64,000 bases of DNA from an uncultured virus (IMG/VR IMGVR_UViG_3300017938_000552) (Duplodnaviria > Heunggongvirae > Uroviricota > Caudoviricetes): IMG/VR virus record IMGVR_UViG_3300017938_000552. One strand, given 5' to 3'. Positions 38,443 through 49,280 of the stretch are shown in pieces; within the stretch, counting starts at the first letter, position 1; each line of letters begins with the position of its first letter. The translations under genes were made by a program, and so were the position numbers. A model generated the notes under the pieces. It was not told where the DNA came from. It saw only the letters and a list, made by a program, of their open reading frames with translations, and did not search any database.

Positions 38443-39428
38443 TTCTTTCCATATCCAAATTCTGGTTTATTCTTGTTTTTAATTAAAATCCATAGCTGTT
38501 TATACTCTCCAATACTCTCCAAAAACTGGAATACTAACAAATTTAGGCTCAATTTTCCGTGAGATACAATTACACCATAGCACAATCCAAATATGGACAA
38601 TGCCAAGGTTAATCCAAATAAGGTTGCTGACGGAATAGAACCTATGGCTAAACTAAGCAGAATCATAATAATTGAAAATAAAAAGCCAGTTCTTAATAAT
38701 ACACCAAAAAAGTGATGTTTACATAACAAACAATAACGCCAACCATATTTATAAAAAAACCTGAAAAAAGTACCTGTTTTTAGGGCTTTGGTTATATTTC
38801 TCATTCCATATATACCAAAATGGTATCCTTCCGAGCCACAATCAGCACCTATTTTTCCTGCCTGTGATAAACGTATAACTAAATCAAAGTCTTGACCACG
38901 TGTAAATAATGGATCAAAACCACCAACTTCAATAGCATCCTTTCTCCTAAATGCAATTATTCCAGATAGTGGATCAGCACCATTTGTGTATTTCAGTTCT
39001 GTCGAAGCTGGAATTTTCTCTGGATCAACCTCAGATATTTTACTTGGATTCTCTGGTGTGCCCGAATTACATAAATAAGACAAATTTTCATTACTGACAA
39101 AAAAGCCCATCATTCTTTCTACCCAATGTTTTGACTTGATTCCATCTGAACTTGCCCAGAGAATTATATCCCCCTTAGCTTTTGATAGTGATAGACTCAT
39201 AGCATAACCTGTACCTATGCCCTCTCTATCATAGCACAGTCTAACAGGCACACTACATTTTTTCTGAAAGTCTAATATTAATTCCTCTGTTTTATCTTCA
39301 CTTTTACCTATGCAAACCACATATTCATCTGGTTGAACTACCTGTTCTAACAACATCTTTAATGAATATGGTAGACACCACTCTGCATTACGGGTCGGAA
39401 GAACAACAGAGGACATCATTTTTTTCAC
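38430..39428 (-). CDS. GT2 glycosyltransferase with TM helices
   Basis: SVVLPTRN, SED, GGFDP, QD; DxD motif degenerate (SSD). Confidence 0.8.
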   Translation of the reverse strand: MKKMMSSVVLPTRNAEWCLPYSLKMLLEQVVQPDEYVVCIGKSEDKTEELILDFQKKCSVPVRLCYDREGIGTGYAMSLSLSKAKGDIILWASSDGIKSKHWVERMMGFFVSNENLSYLCNSGTPENPSKISEVDPEKIPASTELKYTNGADPLSGIIAFRRKDAIEVGGFDPLFTRGQDFDLVIRLSQAGKIGADCGSEGYHFGIYGMRNITKALKTGTFFRFFYKYGWRYCLLCKHHFFGVLLRTGFLFSIIMILLSLAIGSIPSATLFGLTLALSIFGLCYGVIVSHGKLSLNLLVFQFLESIGEYKQLWILIKNKNKPEFGYGKKWLK

Positions 39429-40090
39429 TTCTTATATATTAATAATGGGTCTTTCTTGTCCAGATGCACCAATAAACGGTGTGTACCTAATAATAGAGCA
39501 AAATCCAATTTCAATTTTAGTAATATTCCTGCTGTGAGAGATTCTACAAATAGCTTTCGCTTGGACATTGAGATAAAAACCGTATCTGGTACAAGACTGA
39601 TCAAGTCTTTCTCAGTGAAATGATATGGGTGTATCTGATCAAACTCATTCATTATTGGTTTGACAATGGGTGAGAAAATATTTGAAAAAATATAAATTCT
39701 ATTTGTGGAAACACGAATCATTTCATTTAGTGCTTTTTGCGGATGTTCGGTGTGGTCTAACATATTCATGGCATAACAATCTCTAAAATGGTTATCCTCA
39801 AAAGGTAGGTTTTCAGCATTTGCTTGAATAAAATTCTTTCCATATTGGCTAAAATCTAGTGAATCTGTCCCAATTATTTTATCCGAAAATCTCCAAAAGC
39901 CATCAGAACCACACCCAACTTCTATATTTAAGCCATCAAAATCTTTCAACTCAATTAGGTCTGCCCAAAACTTGAAACTATATGGAACCCCCCATTTCTG
40001 TGGTTTATTTTCCTCATTATATTTTCTTTCTAACTCTTGTGAATGTTCCCATTTGTTTTTTATTACTCTTTCTATCAAATCTGTATTCAT
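39425..40090 (-). CDS. class I SAM-dependent methyltransferase
   Basis: IEVGCG, AENLPF, LDH, EMIRV. Confidence 0.85.
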   Translation of the reverse strand: MNTDLIERVIKNKWEHSQELERKYNEENKPQKWGVPYSFKFWADLIELKDFDGLNIEVGCGSDGFWRFSDKIIGTDSLDFSQYGKNFIQANAENLPFEDNHFRDCYAMNMLDHTEHPQKALNEMIRVSTNRIYIFSNIFSPIVKPIMNEFDQIHPYHFTEKDLISLVPDTVFISMSKRKLFVESLTAGILLKLKLDFALLLGTHRLLVHLDKKDPLLIYKK

Positions 40091-40116
40091 ATCATTCTCT
40101 CCTTATTTTCACCATA

Positions 40117-41688
40117 CTATCCATCTATACTTGTTCCTATCCATTTATAAATCTTTATGTTTTTATACTCTTCAACTAATTTCCAATCAGGTAAGTCTTT
40201 CCAAATATCTGGAATTGGTTGATTGATTTGAACTGTTCTATACTTGGTTTTGAAGAAAAAGAAAGCAGATTTCTCCATTCTAGGACTCAGAATGATATAT
40301 TTAAAAAATGGTGGTATTATCTCTACGGTTGTGGTTTCATTTGCATTTATTGTTGTTTTTGTCGTAGATACAGTTAAGTTCAAATTTACTTCAATTCTTT
40401 GATTTTCTATAGTATAAAAACTATCCTGTAGCAACGGTAATCTGAGGTCTGAAGAGTAAAATATAAGTGAATTTTTCATTGGTACATCTGTCCACCATTC
40501 GGTAAAATTATATGTATTGTGTATAATTGAACTGTGTCCTAAGAATTCATATTCATCCGATGTCATTGCATTATTAATATATAACATAGTATTAGCACCA
40601 TTTATAGATGTTAATATCATAGTTGTAATAATAATTAATATAAAAATAATAGACAATATTGTTTTAAATTTGCTAATTAGTAAAGAAGTAAAGAATGATA
40701 ATGGTAAAATAAAATAAAAAATTACTCTTGTTGGTGCAATTAGATATGGTGAATAGAATAACCAACTAACGACAAATAATAAAATACAACCAAATAAATA
40801 TTCAAACATAATATTTATCTTTGGTTTATATAACAATATTGATATTAATGATAATATAACCATAACAACACTACCAAAGAAAATAGACACACCAAGTAAT
40901 AAATCAGATATGGAGTATAAAAATATATTAGATAATTTGAATTGTGATGACATTGAACTAGGTAGAATAAAATATGTCATTACTTGATGTGGATTTAATG
41001 ATGAAATCAAAAATAAAACAACCAGACATAACACAACGGCTACATAAACTTTGTGTCTATAGTTTCCATTTAAGAAAATATCTAACAATACCAAGCCTAT
41101 AATAAAAACTGCTGGTAATATGTGTGTATACATTGATATTACTATAAACACTAAGAAACCACAAAAGAATTTTATTTTGCTGTTTCTTTGTTCTTTATCT
41201 TTTGTATTTAAATACATATAAAGAGCAAGCATTGCAAAAAAGAAACCTAACGATTCTGTACTATTGAATATGCTCGATCTATATATCATATTTTCACTAA
41301 ATGTCCATAGTGTTGTTGCTACAAGTGCTACTTTCTGGGTTGATATTTTTCTTAGTATATAATAAATAGGAATTATTGTCAATCCACCGATGATTGGGTT
41401 TACATATTGGCATAAAATTGTTGGATCAATGTGTGTTATTAAGTAGATAAAATATACTAAGTATTGTTCTAAAACAGGTTGATAACCAAGGCGAAAGGTT
41501 GTACCTGTTTTTATTAAGTCAAGAATTGTGTATACATATCCTTCCTCTTCAATAATCCAACGTGGTATGAGATAAAGATGCGGATATGATCTGTAAAAAA
41601 TACCTGCAATAGATAATATAAATAGCCATATGCTAGTTTTGCTGATTTTAGCCTTAGTCTCTTCTAAAAAACAAAACATTTTGTTCAT
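40117..41688 (-). CDS. multi-pass GT-C-like membrane glycosyltransferase
   Basis: Many TM helices, acidic EEE in the first external loop, C-terminal soluble domain ending YKNIKIYK. Confidence 0.6.
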   Translation of the reverse strand: MNKMFCFLEETKAKISKTSIWLFILSIAGIFYRSYPHLYLIPRWIIEEEGYVYTILDLIKTGTTFRLGYQPVLEQYLVYFIYLITHIDPTILCQYVNPIIGGLTIIPIYYILRKISTQKVALVATTLWTFSENMIYRSSIFNSTESLGFFFAMLALYMYLNTKDKEQRNSKIKFFCGFLVFIVISMYTHILPAVFIIGLVLLDIFLNGNYRHKVYVAVVLCLVVLFLISSLNPHQVMTYFILPSSMSSQFKLSNIFLYSISDLLLGVSIFFGSVVMVILSLISILLYKPKINIMFEYLFGCILLFVVSWLFYSPYLIAPTRVIFYFILPLSFFTSLLISKFKTILSIIFILIIITTMILTSINGANTMLYINNAMTSDEYEFLGHSSIIHNTYNFTEWWTDVPMKNSLIFYSSDLRLPLLQDSFYTIENQRIEVNLNLTVSTTKTTINANETTTVEIIPPFFKYIILSPRMEKSAFFFFKTKYRTVQINQPIPDIWKDLPDWKLVEEYKNIKIYKWIGTSIDG

Positions 41689-42298
41689 TTAAATATGTTC
41701 CTCTTCTGTCAATGATTGTAAACCCATTTCTTGTAACATTGTCTATGAAATAACTCATAGGGAATGAATATTCATGTACACCCTGCTGACTAAAGTGTTC
41801 CCAACCCCAATTAAGTAGACCACCAAAGAAAGAAAAATGGTTTGGTTGAACTATCATTAACCACTTATCTGAGATTCGGCAACCTTCTTTTATGAACGGT
41901 AGTGGGTCTTTAAAATGTTCCCACAAACCCTCAGAAAACATAAAATCAAACTTTCTATCTGGATAGCCTGTATTGGAACCATCTTTTCTGAAAACATCTA
42001 CATTTTCTGTTAATCCATGTAGTTCTGATTTTCTCATTGCATGTGATGATATGTCTATTCCGATTGAGTTTTTAAAACCTATATCTCGCAAGAGTAGTAA
42101 TGTTTCCCCACTTCCACAACCTACATCAATTGCTGATAGTTCTTTAGATATTGATTTTAACATTTTTCTTATTATTCCCATTCTCTGGACACGAAGGAAT
42201 TTACCAATAATGGAACTGTGTTCATGTATATCGGCTGATTTTATCCATTCCTCTTCCCATAACCTTGCAACATCTTCAATAGACATACCAACCATCAC
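41654..42298 (-). CDS. class I SAM-dependent methyltransferase
   Basis: IDVGCGSG, GIDIS, GLWEH. Confidence 0.9.
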   Translation of the reverse strand: MMVGMSIEDVARLWEEEWIKSADIHEHSSIIGKFLRVQRMGIIRKMLKSISKELSAIDVGCGSGETLLLLRDIGFKNSIGIDISSHAMRKSELHGLTENVDVFRKDGSNTGYPDRKFDFMFSEGLWEHFKDPLPFIKEGCRISDKWLMIVQPNHFSFFGGLLNWGWEHFSQQGVHEYSFPMSYFIDNVTRNGFTIIDRRGTYLNEQNVLFFRRD

Positions 42299-43011
42299 CT
42301 TACACTATCAACGATGGAATATAGTGGTGCTTTGACTTTCTTCACTACTCCAAGCCTAAAATAATAAATATTACTGTTTTTACCAGACGAAAATTCCTTA
42401 AATGCTGGTGTGTGTAATACATCATCTGAAAGCAATATACCACCAGATTTCAGATATTTCCAAGCGGTATTGTATTCAAATGACATAACTTCGTAACTAT
42501 GTTCACTATCATGTAAGAACATATCTATTGAACCTAGTCTATCCAACAGAGGAACCAAAACATCACTGCTAAGACCACGCACTATTTCCCATCTATCCTT
42601 TAGTTCATCTGGAACAAACCAACCAATTTTCTTACCTGTTTCACTTGAGTTACGATCACCTGCCAATCTACCTATACCTAAACAAAACTCATCTGGGTCA
42701 ATAGAGTATAATTTTCCCATGTTATTATCGTGAAGTGCCCTTAATATAAAATAAGAGGAAAAGCCGCTATTAATACCCGTTTCAACAACTATTTCTGGTT
42801 TATATTCTCTGACTAGAGCATATATATACTCACAACAATCATACCAAACAGGTCCACAATCTCCTAACATATATCTATAATTAAAATCACTAACAACACA
42901 CTTGAATTTAGACGTTAATCTGTATGTTCTGGGTTTGGTGACAATATAAGATGCAAGAACAAGTGGATTTGATAATAGATACTTTGTTTTTATTTTATTC
43001 ATTGTATTCAC
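42295..43011 (-). CDS. Methyltransf_24-type methyltransferase
   Basis: VETG..SGFS, YSID, FLHDSEH, GG...SDD. Confidence 0.88.
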   Translation of the reverse strand: MNTMNKIKTKYLLSNPLVLASYIVTKPRTYRLTSKFKCVVSDFNYRYMLGDCGPVWYDCCEYIYALVREYKPEIVVETGINSGFSSYFILRALHDNNMGKLYSIDPDEFCLGIGRLAGDRNSSETGKKIGWFVPDELKDRWEIVRGLSSDVLVPLLDRLGSIDMFLHDSEHSYEVMSFEYNTAWKYLKSGGILLSDDVLHTPAFKEFSSGKNSNIYYFRLGVVKKVKAPLYSIVDSVR

Positions 43012-43023
43012 CTTTTCTTGTTT

Positions 43024-43725
43024 TTAAAGAGTTGAAAAACATTTTTGTATTGCACCCTCATAATCACTATCCATCTTGTTTTCTTTATGATATAAGATAC
43101 TACATATTTCACATATCTTTGAATCTTCCATATTCCACCATTCAGATTTAAGCAACATATCTATGGTCTTTTGTGAAAACCTATATTTAATAACCTTCGC
43201 TGGAACACCAACAACAACCGCATATGGTGGAACATCCTTGGTGACAACAGCACCAGCACCGATAACAGCACCTGTGGATATATTTACAGGTGGCAGAATT
43301 ATCACATTTGAACCTATCCAAACATCATTTCCAATTGTAATTAGATTACTTTCTTGGAGATATTCTTCAGCTAACTCTTTTTCAATAAAACCATATTTAC
43401 GTTCGGTTGTTATTGGGTGTGTAGTAAATCTGTGGATTGGATGATCATATCCAGCAAGAACCAAATTACGTGCTATTGCACAGAAATTTCCTATGCTTTT
43501 AAGTGTATGATATTCAGAATTAAGTAACTGTATAACACCATATGTATATCTGCCTATTTCTATGTTAAAATACTTCTTATAAAAATATATCACTAATCTT
43601 TGATCTTTATATTTTCTATTCAAAAACCCCAGAATGGATACAATAAATACTGGTGGAATTGACTTTTTATGTAATATATATAGAACACTTAGTATGTGTT
43701 TTTCTGTGGTTGTTATATCATTCAA
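43024..43725 (-). CDS. CatB/Vat-like O-acetyltransferase
   Basis: IGRYTY, IGNDVWIG, VVTKDVPPY, GVPAK, WW; TTG start after GGTGG. Confidence 0.9.
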   Translation of the reverse strand: MNDITTTEKHILSVLYILHKKSIPPVFIVSILGFLNRKYKDQRLVIYFYKKYFNIEIGRYTYGVIQLLNSEYHTLKSIGNFCAIARNLVLAGYDHPIHRFTTHPITTERKYGFIEKELAEEYLQESNLITIGNDVWIGSNVIILPPVNISTGAVIGAGAVVTKDVPPYAVVVGVPAKVIKYRFSQKTIDMLLKSEWWNMEDSKICEICSILYHKENKMDSDYEGAIQKCFSTL

Positions 43726-45073
43726 ATAAGAATCCCACCATACCTTTGGCATCGTTGAAAACATTAACCCACTCTCTTGGGTTTGTGGCAACATTCCACC
43801 AGAACTTTGGGTTTTTGATATAGAATTCGTTAAAACAGTATTGCTCCCATTTCTTCATTTCCTCAAAGTTCATCATATACGTTCCCGGCATGTCTTGATG
43901 TGCCTTTCTAACATCAACTATAGTCGTGTTTGGATACTCCTGCAATTGTGCCACATTAATACGGGTAGCACCGTTATCCTTTATCCATTTGACCATATAT
44001 CTTATATCAGCTTTCGACATCCAAGGGAAGATCATAAAACTAGAGGAAGTCCAGAGCTTGAGCTTGTTGACATCCTTGATAAATTGTGCTTCCTGTTTGA
44101 CTGTAATATCCTTTTTCATCTCATCTAAATAGCTCTGAATTGGAACTTCATAGCCAACGTGCAAAGTCCGGCAACCAGCATCTTTCATCAGTCTCAGTGT
44201 ATCATAATCCTTATCAGCACGTGAATAGCAACCCCAACACAATTTGAGTCCTTCACTGAGCATTGTAAGACTGATTTCCCTTGCCCTTGATCCAATAAGT
44301 GTTGAATCTTGAAAGAAAAGTTGTTTGATCTGTGGAAGTTCATTTTTGACATACCAAAGTTCTTCCATCACATTCTTGATGCTACGCTGTACATAACGCT
44401 TTGGATGTAAGAGATCACAACCATTTGTCCAACTACAAAACGCACAACGGTGAGGGCAACTTAAAGCTGAAAATAAATCAATAAACGGATACCTGAAACT
44501 TGTCTGATGATAATCAAAAAAGTCTAAGTGTTCAGCATAAACCTTTGTAACGAAAGGCATCCAATCAAATTCTTCCTGTGTATACGGTTCAGCCTGTGGA
44601 TTGAAGAGAATATCTTTACCTTCTCTATATTTTAGACCTTGTATTAATCTCTTTGGCTCATCTGTATAAAGGTCTTGTAACGTGTATTCAAAATTTCCGA
44701 AAGTCATTTCATTAACGTTTGGGCATTTATCTAGAGCATCGGGCATATGAGCAGACCAAGGACCAACGAGAGTTACATGGTAATCCTTACCCAATTCATT
44801 AGCGAATGAAAGATCGGATTCTGCCGTATCATATGCCCAGAAATAGGCTATGGCTTCTGGTTTCAGACTATTAACAAGAAACTTAACGTCTAAACACGAA
44901 TCTTTTTTCACAGAAGCATCATATAAATAACATTCATGTCCAAATTTCTCTAGTGTTCCAGTAGCATACGCAAGATGGATAGGATACCATGATTGTGTAC
45001 TAATCTTTGATTTACGAACTAGCCTTCCCGTTCTTATTGCTTCTCCCGGTGGGTTCAATAAAAGAACTTTCAA
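43718..45073 (-). CDS. B12-binding radical SAM enzyme (HpnJ-like)
   Basis: LLLNPP N-terminus, CPHRCAFC, MKDAGC..LHVGYE. Confidence 0.88.
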   Translation of the reverse strand: MKVLLLNPPGEAIRTGRLVRKSKISTQSWYPIHLAYATGTLEKFGHECYLYDASVKKDSCLDVKFLVNSLKPEAIAYFWAYDTAESDLSFANELGKDYHVTLVGPWSAHMPDALDKCPNVNEMTFGNFEYTLQDLYTDEPKRLIQGLKYREGKDILFNPQAEPYTQEEFDWMPFVTKVYAEHLDFFDYHQTSFRYPFIDLFSALSCPHRCAFCSWTNGCDLLHPKRYVQRSIKNVMEELWYVKNELPQIKQLFFQDSTLIGSRAREISLTMLSEGLKLCWGCYSRADKDYDTLRLMKDAGCRTLHVGYEVPIQSYLDEMKKDITVKQEAQFIKDVNKLKLWTSSSFMIFPWMSKADIRYMVKWIKDNGATRINVAQLQEYPNTTIVDVRKAHQDMPGTYMMNFEEMKKWEQYCFNEFYIKNPKFWWNVATNPREWVNVFNDAKGMVGFLFE

Positions 45074-45438
45074 TTTTTACCTTTCTCCTTTCCAAAGTGT
45101 ATTTCCCAAAAAATCCAAATCCAAACACCACTAGTATATGCACCAAATCCTATAAGGACAAGAGATGTTAATCTTAACCAAGGCACAAAATATGTAATTG
45201 CAGAAATTGTTAAAAGCCCACAACCAATGACAAATTCTTTGATTGTTGGTGGTTCAAGATTGTACTCATCATTACGAAATATAAAATAAATAAGGATAAA
45301 ACCCAAACCACCTATTGTTAATAAAAACGTACCTAAATGTTTCTCTGGACTTATAAAATCTACAATTCCAGCAACCAATATGAGTATAGAAAACATATAT
45401 AATGATACTGGATTTGGTGGATCACCTACGATACTCAA
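45070..45438 (-). CDS. four-TM membrane protein
   Basis: Hydrophobic helices. Confidence 0.55.
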   Translation of the reverse strand: MSIVGDPPNPVSLYMFSILILVAGIVDFISPEKHLGTFLLTIGGLGFILIYFIFRNDEYNLEPPTIKEFVIGCGLLTISAITYFVPWLRLTSLVLIGFGAYTSGVWIWIFWEIHFGKEKGKN

Positions 45439-45544
45439 TTAGTAAACCTTCCTATAGCCATGAGTATGATTATTACAATAATCAATATTAATGCTGAAAA
45501 CCATGTAAAAAGTGGGTCGATTTTTCTATTTTCAAATACCATAT

Positions 45545-46498
45545 TTATAAACTCTCCCAAGCTGGGGGGATTTTTGCATCTGGTTCCACATAATACTTGA
45601 AAAGTTCATCCAACACAGTTGAGACATTCTTCTCTGGTTTCCAGCCGAAACGTTTGTATATTTTTTCAATATTTAGCGTAGATTCTAGCACATATCCATT
45701 TGGTGCAAACGGTGTCTTGGAATAATCAAGTTTATAACCATATTTTGTGGCTGTCCTTGCAACAATTTCCGCTATTGTCGAACCACTTACCTCCATCCCC
45801 ATCGAGACATTATATGTATTCTCAAACGGTTCACAGGTCTGCATGTATATGGCAGATATTAATGCCCTACAAATATCATGTACGGATATTAAATCTCTAT
45901 AGGCTTTTCCGTTGTTGAATAGTTCTATTGGAATACCATGCACAGCACAGTAAACAAGCCTATTAGGGAAGGTTCTGCCTCTTATTCCAATAACCGTTCC
46001 GAATCTATAGATCACATACTCTATACCAGACTTCCTAATTTCCTCTTCACAAACCCACTTTGAATAGCCATACGGACTTGAGATTTGAATGGGATGTATC
46101 TCTCTCATTCTCCTGCCTTGACCATATATATTAGCCGAAGAGGAAAATATAATTTTCTCTGGTCGAATTTTTGAAAGAACGTTATATGTTGCAACCGTGT
46201 TATTATAGAAGCAATTATCTGCCTCTGCTAACCAGCCCTGATCACCCTTGACTTTTGACCAAGGAGAACCTGCCAAATGAATAACAGCCCTTGGTTTCTC
46301 ATTTATATATTTGAATTCTGGATCGGCTAAATCTTCCACAATATATTCAACATCATCGAACATTTTGTCAGGTGGTCTTTTGTCAATAGATATTATTTTA
46401 ACATCATAGTATTTTTTATATTTCTCAACCAACATATCCAAGAGGTTTGACCCGATAAATCCTGATCCACCCGTAACAATTAAAGTAAAGTCGGTCAT
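45545..46498 (-). CDS. NAD-dependent nucleotide-sugar epimerase/dehydratase
   Basis: VTGGSGFIG, SSSANIYG, YGYSK, RDLI. Confidence 0.9.
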   Translation of the reverse strand: MTDFTLIVTGGSGFIGSNLLDMLVEKYKKYYDVKIISIDKRPPDKMFDDVEYIVEDLADPEFKYINEKPRAVIHLAGSPWSKVKGDQGWLAEADNCFYNNTVATYNVLSKIRPEKIIFSSSANIYGQGRRMREIHPIQISSPYGYSKWVCEEEIRKSGIEYVIYRFGTVIGIRGRTFPNRLVYCAVHGIPIELFNNGKAYRDLISVHDICRALISAIYMQTCEPFENTYNVSMGMEVSGSTIAEIVARTATKYGYKLDYSKTPFAPNGYVLESTLNIEKIYKRFGWKPEKNVSTVLDELFKYYVEPDAKIPPAWESL

Positions 46499-46743
46499 TT
46501 GATGTTTAATTCCTTAAAACCAATTTTTTCACAAAACTTAAATAAAATATAACCATACATAAAAATGAATGGTATTGAAATAAACCCGCAAACAATTTCA
46601 ACAGCATCATTAGTTATAAGCATTGTATTAAATAATTCTTGCGATCCAACAAACAATCCACCCAAAAAAGATACCGTTAATATAGCAAAGGCAGTAGAAA
46701 CAGTTATAAATAAAATAAAATAAAAATCGTTAATTTTGCTCAT
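46495..46743 (-). CDS. two-TM membrane protein
   Basis: Hydrophobic ORF in operon. Confidence 0.5.
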   Translation of the reverse strand: MSKINDFYFILFITVSTAFAILTVSFLGGLFVGSQELFNTMLITNDAVEIVCGFISIPFIFMYGYILFKFCEKIGFKELNIK

Positions 46744-47939
46744 TTGACATTCAACTCTTTCACTAATCTACGTTGCATACTGATTATAAATGTTATGGTT
46801 CCCAGCATCAGAGAAGCTATAAAACTTATACCACAGATGAGTGCCATAGATATATTGAGTTTGAATGTTTCGAGATATAAACCTGTCGTGTATAGACCAG
46901 AGAATAATGATGTTAAGAATAAGATGGCTGTTGGTATTCCAATATATGTGTAGGGTCTATTCCATACAGCACCCCAGAATATTATCTCAATGAGTGTCAG
47001 ACCCTGATATATAAATTTTGTGGGATGTTCTGGTTTGTTATAAGTGACATTACATGGCACATCTGTTATGTTTAAACCCTTCTCTCTTGCCCTATTAATT
47101 ATCTCAAGGGATGCTTCCATTCCATCTGCTGTCAAATGTAGCCTATCAATTGCAAATTTATTATATGCCCTGAAACCGCACTGAGTATCACCAATACCAT
47201 AGATCATATTAATTCCCTGAACAACAACTCTTCTATGGTAAGGCATATTATTTGTTACTGAAAACCTATTACCAACAACAATATCTGAATCTTGAATTTT
47301 ATCTAAAAACTTTGGAATTTCATTAGGATCATGCTGTCCATCTCCATCAAGCGTAATGAGGACATCATAATCATTAACCTTAGCATATTTGAAGATTTCT
47401 TGTAAAGCTCTGCCATATCCAGACCAATCAAATTCTAGAACCTTAGCACCATAAGATTTTGCAAGAAAAGCTGTTCCATCTGTTGATCCATTGGAAACAA
47501 CAAGAACATCACCATATTTCTTGGACTCTTTTACTACATCTTTAATGTTATCCTGTTCATTATATGCAGGAATACCAATCAGGATATTATGACCTAATGG
47601 AAACTTCACTTTTAGTGTATTATCTAATAGTGCCATTTCCTCTGGATCGGTTGATTCTGCATCACAGGCAACAAAATGATAGTGTTCTGGTATTGAGCAG
47701 TGTGTAGAATCACAGAAATACCAAGGCTTGATACCGACATACTTGTTCATGTATTCTATGAGCTTGGCTTTGACACGTATCTGTTCTTCAAAAGTAGGTT
47801 TATCAGAGTGTCTAATTATGCTGGACATCAGACGAATTTTATGCCCTTTCTTATCTTTAGTTTCCACAACATATACTAATTCATCTGTGTAAATAAGTTT
47901 TTCTCGTTGAGGAATAGTACAGAGTGAACATTCAGACAT
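46740..47939 (-). CDS. HIT-like domain fused to a DPM1/GtrB-like GT2 glycosyltransferase
   Basis: N-terminal CSLC...IYTDE...H...SIPEHYHF; then IPAYNE, GSTDGT, LDGDGQH, DTQCGFRA, two C-terminal TM helices. Confidence 0.8.
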   Translation of the reverse strand: MSECSLCTIPQREKLIYTDELVYVVETKDKKGHKIRLMSSIIRHSDKPTFEEQIRVKAKLIEYMNKYVGIKPWYFCDSTHCSIPEHYHFVACDAESTDPEEMALLDNTLKVKFPLGHNILIGIPAYNEQDNIKDVVKESKKYGDVLVVSNGSTDGTAFLAKSYGAKVLEFDWSGYGRALQEIFKYAKVNDYDVLITLDGDGQHDPNEIPKFLDKIQDSDIVVGNRFSVTNNMPYHRRVVVQGINMIYGIGDTQCGFRAYNKFAIDRLHLTADGMEASLEIINRAREKGLNITDVPCNVTYNKPEHPTKFIYQGLTLIEIIFWGAVWNRPYTYIGIPTAILFLTSLFSGLYTTGLYLETFKLNISMALICGISFIASLMLGTITFIISMQRRLVKELNVK

Positions 47940-47940
47940 T

Positions 47941-48201
47941 TTAATTACCTCTCAAAATTGAATTCTTTGAGAAATAATCATCATATACCACCAAAATTAT
48001 TGTATATAAAATCGTTATAATAAGAATTGTTTGTATTATTGGGTTATAACTTAAAGCACACAGTGTCCTAGCAGGTTCGGTTTGTATCACAGCCGTTGTA
48101 TAACCCATTGGACAAAAAACCATGAAACAAAAAAGAATAGAAATTACATCTACATAGACAGATATATGAAATATTTGTTTTTTGTCTATGTTGATTGACA
48201 T
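47941..48201 (-). CDS. two-TM membrane protein
   Basis: Hydrophobic ORF in operon. Confidence 0.5.
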   Translation of the reverse strand: MSINIDKKQIFHISVYVDVISILFCFMVFCPMGYTTAVIQTEPARTLCALSYNPIIQTILIITILYTIILVVYDDYFSKNSILRGN

Positions 48202-48207
48202 TTTATC

Positions 48208-48885
48208 TTACACAACTGGTTTTAAAGCTGTTTTCCATTTTTCAGTGAATTCTTTTACAGCTTCCTCTGTTTTGGGATGTTTGTACATCTCATTTAGGAC
48301 TTTGTACGGAACTGTTACAATATCAGCACCGCTATCCATACAGACCTGAACATCCTCTGGACTTCTGATACTTCCACAGATTAGGAGTGGTCTATCACCA
48401 CTACCAAATCTCTGTAAATATTCGGCTGTTATTCTGATCTGTTCCTTTGCGTAATCAAAGTTCTTGAAATCAATCATTCTCCTGTAGAAAAGGGAGATAT
48501 AATATGGTTCTGACTCAAGACCAATGATAGCCTGATAAGCAGACATTAGACATGTTAGATTTACTGGAATATGTTTTCTTTTTAAAGCATTTATTAATTC
48601 TGATGTGCGAGTATCAATCATAGGTACTTTTACTACTACCTTTTCCATACAACACATATAGTATTCTGTTGCTTCATCAACAAGTTTATCTATAGATAAA
48701 AATGGATCAATCAACTCAACAGATACATCATATATATCATATTGACATATATCATGTATCATCTTCTGTATGTCTTTCACACCAGATTTTGCCATTAGAC
48801 TTGGGTTGGTTGTAATACCATCACATAAACCAAGGCTAAGAATCTCATCTATCTCTTTCAAGTCTGCCGAATCTAAGTATAATAT
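48208..48885 (-). CDS. transaldolase/fructose-6-phosphate aldolase family protein (ATA start)
   Basis: LDSA, GITTNPSL, VVKVP, NLT, SIR, GADIVTVP, HPKT. Confidence 0.92.
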   Translation of the reverse strand: MLYLDSADLKEIDEILSLGLCDGITTNPSLMAKSGVKDIQKMIHDICQYDIYDVSVELIDPFLSIDKLVDEATEYYMCCMEKVVVKVPMIDTRTSELINALKRKHIPVNLTCLMSAYQAIIGLESEPYYISLFYRRMIDFKNFDYAKEQIRITAEYLQRFGSGDRPLLICGSIRSPEDVQVCMDSGADIVTVPYKVLNEMYKHPKTEEAVKEFTEKWKTALKPVV

Positions 48886-49280
48886 AGCCCAACATCCTCC
48901 ATATACGTTTTTAACATTTCTTCATTTATCTCAGTCTTTTTGTTCAGTTTAGTAATCATATCTATAGCAGTTAGAACTGTTATTTTTTCGTGTCTAGCTA
49001 GATATAGTGCGACCACAAACGCTGAACGAGACTTACCTTCACGACAATGAATTAGTATTCTCTTTCTTTTATTAACTTGTTCTCTAATCTTCTTCAAGAC
49101 TAGATTATAGTGCTTAATAGGATTGTGACCATCCACTAGATGGAACTTATAATCCTCAAATCCTGTATCACTTCCACCCACATTTATAACGAAACAAATA
49201 TTATTACTTCTAAGATCGTCTAAAGTATATTTATCGTTTCCTATAAATATATCTTCTGTTATTTTTGTTATCGACATCAT
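48873..49280 (-). CDS. dual-specificity (CX5R) phosphatase
   Basis: IHCREGKSRS. Confidence 0.9.
   Translation of the reverse strand: MMSITKITEDIFIGNDKYTLDDLRSNNICFVINVGGSDTGFEDYKFHLVDGHNPIKHYNLVLKKIREQVNKRKRILIHCREGKSRSAFVVALYLARHEKITVLTAIDMITKLNKKTEINEEMLKTYMEDVGLYYT

Noticed and set aside
34785..43011. Methyltransferases as DNA restriction-modification enzymes
   Set aside because: No DPPY/NPPY or PC catalytic motifs; small-molecule type enzymes embedded among sugar genes
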